A stretch of 58,098 nucleotides of DNA, filler included, from Sphacelaria rigidula (Eukaryota): NCBI GenBank assembly GCA_964200075.2. It is 7 parts of 7 records of this genome, joined end to end, with 100 filler letters (N's around TTAATTAATTAA, not from the genome) between each part and the next. Parts side by side here need not be neighbours in the genome. Positions count along the whole stretch, not along the records: positions 41,572 to 49,785 come from CAXNAA020011895.1; positions 49,886 to 58,098 come from CAXNAA020011896.1; 5 more parts are not named here. One strand, written 5' to 3'. This document shows positions 47,457 through 58,098 of this stretch, piece after piece (the stretch's first letter is position 1; each line of letters begins with the position of its first letter). A model generated the notes under the pieces. It was not told the origin of the DNA. It worked only from the letters and a program-made list of their open reading frames with translations, and did no database searches. The position numbers and the translations under genes were made by a program.

Positions 47457-47732
47457 TGTAGTCACACACACTTGACTACCAGTACCCGTGCGTCAGCATA
47501 AATCTATCCGCACATGTGCATGTTCACTCAGTGTACCCGTTCACATGAACACCCCCTCTGAACCGGTCCATCAGTCGTCGTGGCTATCTCTCTCTCTCAA
47601 AAAAAAAAAAATTAAGGGGGAAACCCGGCCATCCGAGAAAGAAACCCCTCACCTCAACAGCTTGTGCTCCATCTAGATAATCCATGGACGCCGGTCAAGG
47701 CAGACACACGTCATGTCAGGAAACGGCCTACA
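47457..47732 (-). mobile_element. Candidate 3' LTR of the Copia element
   Basis: On the minus strand it starts TGTAG after purine-rich GAGGAGCATGGG and ends CTACA. No partner LTR is in the contig. Confidence 0.4.
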
Positions 47733-47844
47733 AAACCCATGCTCCTCAAGTAGCGTAGGTGGCTTAACCCAAGATGCGCATAAATGCATCACTAACACCT
47801 GAAAATACCCGGAGCTAGCTCAAGGGTACACACAAAAACGTACC

Positions 47845-49640
47845 TACTTATCACCTTCCAAGTTCATCAAAAAACGTCTGTGCCTTGCAAACAGGTTGAT
47901 CGAGAGAGGCTTTGTCAAAATATCAGCATGCTGCCATCCTGAACCTACATGCACACCCCTGATCTTTCCCGTCCCCACAAGCTCTCGAATGAAGTGATAC
48001 CTTACGTCGATGTGCTTACTCCTTTCGGAACTGAGGGGATTTTCTGCATCCCAACACAGTCTGAGATCGCAGGAACGTCAGCACTGCCTTTACAAACAGT
48101 CCCTCCTTTGCCCCCCCGGCCATTGCGACATACTCTGCCTCCGTAGTTGACAGAGTCACACAGTGTTGCGTGCGGCTCGTTGCCGACACTACCACACCAC
48201 CGTACATTACGGCTACCCCTGAGACCGAACGCCCATCCGTTTCCTTTCTTGAACGTAAGTCCAAACTCCTTTGTCTCGTTGAGATACTTGAGCACCTTTA
48301 CCACCGCTTCCCAGTGCCTCTCGCACGGATCATGCGATTGGCGAGCGAGCGCTCGCACTGAATTTGCGATATCAGGTCCAGTGATTGTTGCCAGCCACAT
48401 CAGCCCCCCTACTGCGTTGCGGTATGGGCGATTCACCACTGTGTCTTCGCCTGTTGTCGGCCCCAAGTTTGCAGAAACTGAGGCAGGGATTTCCGAGTAC
48501 CCCCTCACCTCAAAACGCTTTAGGAGCGTGTCCGTGAACGTGGTTTGCGTCACAGACAGCGTGCCTCTATCCCAGTCTCTGTATACTGCACACCCCATGT
48601 ACCATGTGGCCTCTCCGAGATTATTCGTTGGAATGTTTTTGTTCAGGATTTCTCCCACCTTTCCCACGTTTTCCTCAGTACCACTGATGAGAATGTCGTC
48701 CACATGGACAACTAAAATCACATGCACGTCTCCTGCATCCTCCATCCTGAAAACACATGGGTCAGCCTCACACTGCACCATCCCGACATCCTCCAGTAAA
48801 TTTTGGCACAGGAGACGAGACCACTGCCTGCCGCTTGCTTGATCCCGTAAATAGATTTTTCCAGCTTCACCGTCATGTCTGTCGAAAAAGAGCAACCTTC
48901 AGGCAGCCTCATGTACACGTCAGTGTACATCTCTGCTTGGAAGAAGGCCCGTGTCACGTCAAAATGATACAGCAGCCACTCTTCCTGAACTGCCACTGCC
49001 ATGACCAGTTTGATGGAGGCCATGAAGGGCGTTGCCGCGAAAGTCTCGAAATAGTCGACCGCAAAACGTTGTCCGAATCCTCGTGCCACCAACCTTTTCT
49101 TTGCCTTCGTTATAGTACCATCTGCGTCAGTTTTCCAACTAAGAACCCAATTCGCCGAAATCACGTTTACTCCTTCCGCTACAGGGCCAGTGGAAAATGT
49201 TCCAGCCTTTTCATGACCTCCTAGTTCGGTCTGCATCGCGCCTAGCTATGCCTCTCGAAACTCTGACCTTGCCATGTCATCCATACTGGTGGGTGCTGCC
49301 TCTATTTCGCTTACATGTAGGCCAACCGGTGAACGCAAACCGAATTCAGGCTGCCCTACTCTGTTTTCCTCGGCAACAAAACCAAAAAACTCGTTTTCGG
49401 AGGACTCGTTTTGGATCGAGGCGATTGCGTCTTGTCCTACCATCTGTCCTGCTGCCGCGGTGATCATGTCCATGGTTGAGCATTTGTCGTCGGCCATTCC
49501 CGCCAGCGCCATCTCCGCTTCCTTTCTGCTCCCCTCCGCCCCGCCAGCCACCACCGTTTCGCCTCGTGTGTGTGCCGACCCCATGGCCTCGCGCGTTTGG
49601 CTCCTCGTATGCCCCGCCCTTGGGGTTGTCAACTCGTCGG
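47845..49640 (-). mobile_element. Decayed Ty1/Copia pol (RT and RNase H)
   Basis: KKRLVARGFGQ..VDYFETFA, HFDVTRAFF, LEKSIYGIKQA, DPCVF, VVHVDDILI, YRNAVGGLMWL, GRSVSG, STTEAEY, QHADILTK. Multiple frameshifts and stops. Confidence 0.95.
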
Positions 49641-49785
49641 CCCACGCAAGACGGCGTTGTTCGGTCCTTAGGAGTTGAGGAGCGTCGCCCCCCCCCCCCC
49701 CCCCCCCCTGGGGGGGGGCCCGGGGAGAGGGGGGCCGGGGCGGGGGCCAGGGGAGGGTTGGAGCCGGACGCGGGGGGCGGGGGGG

Positions 49786-49885
49786 NNNNNNNNNNNNNNN
49801 NNNNNNNNNNNNNNNNNNNNNNNNNNNNNTTAATTAATTAANNNNNNNNNNNNNNNNNNNNNNNNNNNNNNNNNNNNNNNNNNNN
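49786..49885. other. Artificial contig linker (junction 6)
   Basis: Same N44-TTAATTAATTAA-N44 structure. Confidence 0.97.
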
Positions 49886-50349
49886 TCATCACGAGTCACC
49901 TTATTATACTAGAACCAAGTAATTTCCTGACGAATCATTATTTGTCCTAACCGTGAACATATTTTAGGTAATGTACACGGGATCATTTCAAGCAGGCGAA
50001 CCAGTTCAAAATTGGCCGTCATCCGGCAATAATAAAAAGTGGACCGAAACTGCACGTGGGGACACGCCCCAATCAACCATCTTCCGAATCTGTGCAACCA
50101 TTGATATTTGATCGAACGTGTTCACCTCAACACAAGTGGTCAGACATTTCCAAGGACTGCGGAAATGGCACACGGTTGTGTGGACATTTTACCATCATTC
50201 ACTCCAACCCAACACTTGGCCAGACCAGGCGAGAATCGCTCCAAAGTTGTCGTTGGCTGGTTTTGAAGTGACCGGCCGGGAGGACTTCGTAAAATAGACA
50301 TTCCGAGGTTGACGCTGGCGGATGACAAATTATCAAGAAATGCAAGGAT

Positions 50350-50500
50350 AAAAGCGACATCGGCGAAAACGAACCCAAGCGTGGGAATATTCTCAGCTGC
50401 TCACTGTGCTCGTCTCTTTCATCTCGATTTTTACGTGTAGATTTTTCATTCCCAAACCAGCCACCTGTTTGTTTGTTTTGGGGGGGGGGCATCGTAGAAG
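50350..50500 (-). repeat. ~150-bp repeat; inverted copy at ~56850-56992
   Basis: GTGGCTGGTTTGGGAATG(A/C)AAAATCTACACGTAAA..GAGCAGCTGAGAAT..CCCACGCTTGGGTTCGTTTTCGCCGA is present in both. Confidence 0.85.
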
Positions 50501-51949
50501 GTGTCCCTCGCAATTCAGACAGAGAGTGAAGAGATCGTACCGCAAGACAAGCAGAAAACCGACGGAACAGGGTCGTCCTTCACCATCGCAAGAATTGGGA
50601 ACTAGCCCCAACCCCGACACTCCGCCGCACCATGAATGCAGTCGTGTCAGACACTATTTCACGTGTTTCAAGCGCATTGCTCAGCTTTTCTGCGACTGCG
50701 GGTCCGAAAAAAATGGCAATATTTAATGTTTACCCCGACTCTGACCTCGCTTCATCACCTTTGGTATTGATTGATTTGGCTGGAGCATGATTATGTATCA
50801 TGTTGTAGATTTTTGTAGAACGAAGTGTTGTCATTCTCCGGTGAGATGGAGCAATCATGATGCTGTGACTGCGGCCCCCCGTGCTCACGCGCTGAGTCGC
50901 TCAAGGAGCTGAAACTTTAGGTGTATACTGTACGTAGGATGAGGGGAAGACAAAAGCGAATGTGACACGGTGCAAAATTAAATAACAGGAGGCGCTTTTG
51001 TTTGGCGTTGCCACGTCCTTTTACCACAGCTAAGCACCACTCACAACAGCAAGTACCGCGAGCAACACTTCATCCTCGGAAAGGTTTCATCCACGTCCGT
51101 TAGCATGATGCCTAGAATAACGAGCCGTGTACGCACCGGCCATTTTTTAAACAGCAACAGAACTGTATATCTATGCGCCTACCCCGTAAAGCCGGCGCAC
51201 CTGCGTGTTCTGACTCCTTGCTATCTGAGAACGGGATGTCTGCATTGCACTGTACTTTATGTCGCTGTACTGTACTGCTGCGCCGAATTGTTCTGCTCCG
51301 TACTGTTGTGCCTTTTCTCTGCCGTCTGTCGATTAATAACTGAGAGGGAATGACGGAACATGTTTCACACTTCATGTAACATCGAGTTCTGCCCGTTGAT
51401 CCAACAAGGTCGCTGCGAACATGACGAGGATATCGAAGTGGAGATCGCAGACACCACACGCACAATAAACCGGCGGCTGTGACAGTTTATCCTGACCTGC
51501 ACGTACGACGGTAATACGGTACACCGACGTTCCCAGGTGTCGGCGAGGTGGCTACGAGGAATGCGTCAATATGCGGACGCCAGCAGCTGGCTGCGTACTA
51601 CTTACTTACTCTATCTGGGTGAGAAACTGAAACGGCCACGAGTAGTATCTATTGACGCACACCGGTTATATGAGGTATGTTTGCCACTTGGTCGACTAAA
51701 TCTTTGAAGAAATTTCTCGGAAATATATCACTTCGAACCAACGCTAACCCTAACACCAACCCCAGCCCAAGTTATACCGAGAACTCTGGGGCGAGGGAGG
51801 GCAAAGTGTTCCCCAGGCGAAGTGAGGCGTTGGCAGACCTTAAATCAGCGCCTGCGGCGCTGATTGTGACTAAAACAAGTTCTGCGCACGCTGGGAGTAC
51901 TTGGGCCTGTCAGCCCCATTGAAGATCCGAACATCGGTGTTTACACTCA

Positions 51950-53750
51950 AATCAAGACATAAAATTCCGGGAAAGTTCTCACCGACCAAGTAGTGAACAC
52001 TACTGGATTATATCCTCAAGTTGGGGAACGAGGCTGCAGTGAGCAACTTCAATCCCTTTTCGAAACTCTGGCCGCTCGCAGATGAACACGCGAGTCTGAT
52101 ACTCGGTTGCGAAGTGAAGCAGGAGTCGATCCAATTTTATAGATACCATGGGCGGTCTGAGGGGTTAACGATGGAAATCTGGAAGAATTTGAGAGTTTTG
52201 GGCACGTTCTTCATTTGCTTATTCGGCCATGTGAAGGAACTTTTTTCAAATGAGAGGTTCCATTCAGCATCCTGACCAGGAAAGTGGACACCGGCGAAAA
52301 AGCAGCACTGCTTCTTGGTAAATTCACTGCAGCTCGCACACCACCCAGATACACCACACGGCATGACCACAACGCTGTAGAAATTATCGTGCCCTCCTGG
52401 GGTGTTATTATAACCATGTTAGGCGCTCTTGAAGCTTTTTTCGATAAGGTGTTAATGGAATCAAGGGCGTGGGCTGAAACCATTGAGCGTGAAACCGATA
52501 TCAATCCGTGCCATCAGGAGAAAACACGGAGATGTCGACGGTAACTTTCCAGAAAGACCTCCACTTCTGAGTTATTATTATTATGTTCGTCACATTAGCT
52601 CGATCTCTCGAACCTGTGGTCACAGAAAGATGATACAAACCTTAATACTACAAATGTAGCATACTTCGAAATTGCAACCCCGGTTTACTGCTACGGTCTT
52701 TCTTGGGAAATTCGTCAACGTCCGACGAAGATTCGTCGCCAGACGGGGTCGGGGTGATCGCCGTTGATTTCAATGTAGAGTGTCCCGGCTGGTGGCTACC
52801 AGACCTGATGCCCCACACATATGGCCCACACGTCGTACCCAGGATGTCATTCCGGACGGGATGCATGCCGCATTCTTTGAGTGGACTGGAAGTTTGCCGC
52901 GTTCCACCACATAGACGATCACTGTATGATGCATACTCTGTGATGATGGTGACGAAGGAGGAATGGGGAAAGTGCTATATGCATCCTGGACCGGAGGTCA
53001 GTGATGGCGATGATGGGGTGAGGGAGTCGTGAACGCCTATTCGCTGCTTTCTTTTTCGGTCGGGTTGTTGAAGTGTTCCTATGCGGGATACAGCGTGTCG
53101 CTTTCACCAACTGCCGTCCACGACAAGGGCGATAACTGTCTCTCTTCCGGGACAAAATTGTGTTCGTTTCGTATGCAATGTCTGGATGTCGATTTCGGCT
53201 GAAAAACGCGCGTGAACCTCAGGATCGTATCCTGCATTTTTTCGGTCGTACGCTCTCGTGCTGGTACCCAGCGTCAAGATTTTCATATCTTCCCGTATAT
53301 CTACGGCGACGAACCGGCACATCCGGTGTTGATGTGCCGTTCAATTTGTACCCGGAGCGTGTACGTACATCACACGCTTGAGCTTGTCGACGATCTGAAC
53401 TGGTCGTTCTGTGCCTATGCCATCGCCTACTGGCATCGCATCGTGTGATTCCCAGGCGGGGCAGCGTTTTACACTACGGCAGTTGCATATCGGGGTGAAG
53501 TGAGCCAAGAGGACGCGATGAGACGCACCGGATCAATTATGACGTGTTGTGTTTCAGTTGGCTCTCTCTGCTGTACGCAATCTTCCTCGCCACTCGAAAG
53601 TATCAGCGCAGGTGTTCGACTCAAAAGACACCGGCGGTCTACCGCGGCGTGCCTCGACGCTCGCGAGCGTTACAGGGTGCTGCTGATGTTGGGGTGCCAT
53701 GCGATGCTGGGCGATATTTGCTGCACGACGCACCTATCCGCATGTGACTG
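51950..53750 (+). pseudogene. Degenerate intronless coding-like region of unknown origin (possibly TE- or virus-derived)
   Basis: Consecutive plus-strand ORFs (52021-52275, 52284-52544, 52703-53032, 53212-53448) have protein-like composition and are separated by frameshifts and stops. Confidence 0.35.
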
Positions 53751-55944
53751 ACAGTTATTTTGCCCACTAATCGCAACCACGGGGGGTTGGGAGTTTCGGG
53801 ACTTCGGCCGGCGGGTAGGACCTGCATGAGATTTAGGGGCGGCATTTTCGCCGCATTTGGTGATGAGCAGTGCCTGGATACTGTTTGAAACGCCTGGGCG
53901 ATTATCCTTGCGGATCTACAGAGGCTGTACAAATGTGGTGCATTTTGTGGTCAGGGGGAAGGGAGGTCTTCTTGTTTTTATTAGAAGTGGTAGTAGTGTT
54001 GCGCGCATTCCTATTTTACACACATGGCGTTGGGGGTTGGGAAGGGCCGACGGAAACGACTTTACTCGACATACTTTCACCTTGGTTTTACATTAATTTG
54101 TCCATGTTCTGTCAGGCGCACATGCACAACAATCCGACCCCTTGAGACCTCCACTCCCCCCCCTCCCCAGATCGCCCAATATCGCTTGGTGTCAAACTTG
54201 GCTCCGCATCTTCCGTTTTTCAAGTAGCGCAACACGTCCGTTTATGTGGACAGGTGGATGTTGAGCGTACGGAAGTTACTGAGTGAAGACCCCTGATCGA
54301 TTTTCATGTCCTAGCCACGCGGGTGCATGTTTTGGTATGTATGATGTGCAGGTGGTACATGTTACCATGCGCAAGGAAATGGTGCATGCTGGCTGTACCG
54401 CTACTGCTGCAATGTATTTTCCAAGCAACAGACTCTCCGCCCCGCTTTAGCAGTCTTGGTACTTTTCAAAGGCGTTGCTGACGCACTTCCTGCATGTTTT
54501 GATGTTACACTGCATGCCACATCCTCTTGACCGTGCTCTACGGTACGGCCCTACGGTACAGCGCTGCTGCTGTACGGGTACAGTACAGACGGACACTTTT
54601 CATCAGGGGCTGAATGCAACAGCAGTACAGAAGTACAGAAGTACAGTGCCCGCGTTGCTCTCCATCGCACACGGTACAGGATACGCTGCTTCTGCCTCTG
54701 CCCAGCACGATACAAAAAATTCCCTGCAGCTCTTGACAACACACGAAGAGGTAGGTAGATGTCAGAGACTGCAGAGAGCTAAAGCACCCTCGTTATTTGT
54801 GTGTGTGTCCATGGTTGATGGTCAAATGGTGAAAAACGGCTTCATCGTTAGGTGGGCGATTCTGGGCGATATCTAGGGAAACTTCGTGGATTATTCTACC
54901 CATCATAAACATCAAGATGATTACCCCATCCCTTTTCAGCCCTGTTGGCCTTCCTAGAAATTTCCTGAAAACAGGCATGGTTGATCTGGGAAGCAGTCGA
55001 CGATGATCGGGAACCCTGCACGCCTCCCCGTCAAAAACGCTGAAACCCCCTGGACTATCAGGGTGAAACTGTCTCGAAACGATGTTGGGGGTCAAAGGTT
55101 TAACACTATTCTTCGAATAGAACAACAAGGTCGATCGGAAGGAAGGTGCACCGATAATGTGAGAAGGTTTTATAGCGTCATGTGAAGATCACGTCCGGGG
55201 CTACTGAGAAAAGGCTGCCTGTAGATCGTTCGAGCTACTTGGGTGCTGTCAACACCCATGTAAATTTTGAATTTTTCATTGCTATTTTGCCGAATCAATC
55301 GGGATCGGAGTCCGTCATTTGTCCGTGGACAAAAATATATATTGACTGAATCGGGGTGTCCGTCTCTACGTGTTGTGTCTTCGAATATGTACGCCGCTGT
55401 ATCCTGGGACATTGTACCCTAACCGCATTTCCTGCTGCATTCCACGTGGGTCGAGAGACCCCACATCTCTGCGTCCTGGCGCTACAGTCCCCTCCCCCCT
55501 CCCTTTTTTGGTCGTACATGACTAATTTTTTACATCGACTAGCCGTACAACACCAGAACAGTGGAGGCCTCTCCATAGGCACCTGCGCTGGCTGCAGGAG
55601 TGGTCCAGCGCACGCATACAACTTCTTGGATAGACAAATCTCTTCACAAACCCTTTCTGTAGGTGCGGCGTGGTATTCAGGCAACTTCGAAACTCAGCCA
55701 CCTCTCTATTTTTTTCGATCACCACCACCCCTTCAATTCCCTGGCTCGCGGCCCGCTTGTACTGACCTCTGCAGCGAAGTGTGCACGCGTGCTCCGCGTC
55801 TGTCGACACGTATTTTTAATACTCGTACATACAGTACTTGAGACGGTGACCCCACTGGTTCAGTTGGTGAGCTGAACAACCCCGTGACGGTTACGAGGTA
55901 AGCCAGCCTAGAAACGGATCTGCAGGTTGCAGGTTGCAGGTAGT

Positions 55945-56207
55945 TTGGCAGCTCAGTTTTGAAAGTTGTGCTTTGAAATTCGTATGGAGAATCGCTATGA
56001 GTACTACTGAAGGGCATGATAAAAAAAAACTGATGGGGACCCTTACATTTTTTGTCCATGAGGTAAGGGCAAAATTAATGTTCATTCTTCACAGGATATC
56101 CTGAACTCACGAAAAATCCTCAAGGTCCCAAGGTTAGTTTTTTCATCATATCCTAGCGATTTCTCCTCACCAATTCTCAAAGCACAACTCTTAAATTGAG
56201 CTGCTAA
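55945..56207. mobile_element. Imperfect palindrome (foldback/MITE core)
   Basis: GCAGCTCAGTTTTGAAAGTTGTGCTTTGA mirrors TCAAAGCACAACTCTTAAATTGAGCTGC. Confidence 0.7.
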
Positions 56208-56514
56208 ATCCAGACCGAGTGCATTTAGTATCATAGATGGAAATGATCCCGATATATGAAGAATTTGGCCAACGTTAGGGCATCGCTCGTTTTTCCGGGC
56301 CTCAGGGAATGTTCACACCAAAAATCAGCACCATCCGTGGCAAATATGTTTCGGAGTTTCGTATAGAGTTTGGAGATATCCCTGTACGGCACGGGTTTTA
56401 CTCAGCATACCGTTCAATCAATGAGAAAACATTGAGTAGATGGGCACCTCCTCCTTGATGAAAAAGTTAACAAGATGTGGGGATCACGGCCCAATTCGTC
56501 TGCGTCGATAAGAT

Positions 56515-56992
56515 ATGGCTGTGGCCGTTCAACTCTGTTTTTCGACTGGCCCAGCTTGTAGGTCGTGAGATCCATCCTCGGCGATGTCACAGGTACTGGG
56601 ATTTGTTCTCACAATATACCGAACAGTGGAAGCGATTATTTCGTGGGTGAAAAAAAAAACGAGTCAAGTACCGACGAGGGAAAAGGACAGCCGAATCCTC
56701 ATCGCGATAGCAAGTAAGGCAAGCACGTCAAAATGAAGGTGGACAAAAACAATTAAAAAAAAAAGTCTGTGTGACCTCCCTCTTGTGTAACCCCGACTGT
56801 TGCGACCACATACACCGAAAGGTGTAGGGGCCCAGAATGAATGGGATGCCACTTTCTACGATAGCCCCCCCCCCCCCAAAAGTGGCTGGTTTGGGAATGC
56901 AAAATCTACACGTAAACCGAGATGAAAAAGCCGAGCACAACGAGCAGCTGAGAATTCCCACGCTTGGGTTCGTTTTCGCCGAAGTCGCCTTC
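56515..56992 (+). mobile_element. Diverged SINE relative sharing the body of the 6650/26502 family, followed by the ~150-bp repeat
   Basis: Shares AACAGTGGA, CGACGAGGGAAA, CCACATACACCGAAAG and CCCAGAAT. The head and 3' end differ. Confidence 0.65.
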
Positions 56993-57129
56993 ATGAGGCG
57001 CTTCATGCACAGCCCGAAACCAAGCATCAGGCGCTGCATGACCATTTTCTTCGTGGCAGTTTTGGGCTGGTTTTTTGGGGGGAAGCTATCGTAAAAAGTG
57101 TCGGATGAAGAGACACACACACTCTTTGT

Positions 57130-57130
<1 letters not shown>

Positions 57131-57184
<54 letters not shown>

Positions 57185-57235
57185 CTCTGTCTCTGTCTCT
57201 GTATCTGTCTCTCTCCCTCTCTCTCTTCCCCTCCC
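57131..57235. repeat. (GT)n followed by CT-rich microsatellite
   Basis: Directly visible. Confidence 0.95.
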
Positions 57236-58098
57236 CCCTCCCACCCTCTCTCCCTATCACCCTCCCTGTCTCTCTTTGTGCAATTGCAGAGGTCCTGTCG
57301 TCACCAGCACCATATTTTCTTGGGTTCAGTTTACCCCCCTCCTCCTCTCCCCTCGGCCCCCAAAAGCGACCGCATGCGAAAAATCGGGACATTGTGCAGT
57401 TTTTTGCTCTTTCATGCCACTTCTTCGGCGGGGCAGTTGTTCTCTGGCTGTTTCAGCAGAGGATTCATGCGTCGAAGCCGGTAAGTGCCGCATCAAGGAG
57501 TCAAGATCAACTGACGACTGCAATGACTGTGCTGGTGGTCCACCCTCACACGCGGAAAGATACTATTGAAACTTGTACAGGATGCCGTTTTCTTTTGCAC
57601 GTGCTCAGCCAATGTTCGGATTAGCCCCATAAGCCTATCTTCGGATCATCGACATTATCCACAAAGTATTTTTCTCTAGTTAACTTCGGGGTGTGAGTTA
57701 TGTTGTTGTCTGAAATATCAGGTGGTTCAAGGCCATCGCCTAATCTCGGCGTTCGTCTGAAAATAGGGTGATGTCTATACCAAACACATGCGAACACACT
57801 CCCGTCCACTCGTTTCACTTCGGGGATGCTAGCAGCGAGTGTTGTTGTTGTCAACCCCTCCTCAGAAAAATAGATTGCGGCTACGCAGCTAGCCCTTGTT
57901 TTTCATGCTTTTACTCATGGGGTATTCACAAATATGTCATAATCCAGAACCCCTTCTGAAAATCACGTTCAGCAGTGATATGCCGGGGGCAATTTTTTTT
58001 TAATAGTCTTTCAAACGCCTCCCGAAAAACGGTGAAAAGCGTTGGATGATGGCAAATATCCTGATTTCGCAAGCACGGTTCGCACCTGCTGTGCATTC

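Noticed and set aside
51738..51770. Telomere-like CCCTAA repeats
   Set aside because: Only one exact unit within a short degenerate run; not a telomeric tract.

Overview
This window is not one locus. It is seven contigs (8215, 8214, 8214, 8214, 8214, 8214 and 8213 bp, in descending length order) joined by an artificial 100-nt linker, N44-TTAATTAATTAA-N44. The DNA is eukaryotic, repeat-rich and intron-rich. Its style (short GT-AG exons, A/C-rich acceptors, trinucleotide microsatellites, dense MITEs) suggests a brown alga or related stramenopile; that taxon call is an inference. The only host gene I can name is an exon of a PLP-dependent aromatic-L-amino-acid decarboxylase (31294-31575). Several other candidate exons encode unknown proteins. 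Mobile DNA dominates: two decayed Ty3/Gypsy elements (one with a chromodomain), a decayed Ty1/Copia, a probable hAT remnant, tRNA-derived SINEs, and several TIR/foldback MITE families, some nested with readable target-site duplications (TSDs). Three observations stand out. (1) A dispersed ~80-bp repeat whose hairpins show structure-preserving substitutions between copies, so it may be a structured RNA. (2) A composite piggyBac-like unit of two inverted ~97-bp mini-elements carrying an 85-bp spacer. (3) A 1.2-kb TIR family with a 4-bp TSD supported by a paralogous empty site. Most ORFs in the supplied track are spurious. I found no CRISPR array, rRNA or intact tRNA gene.
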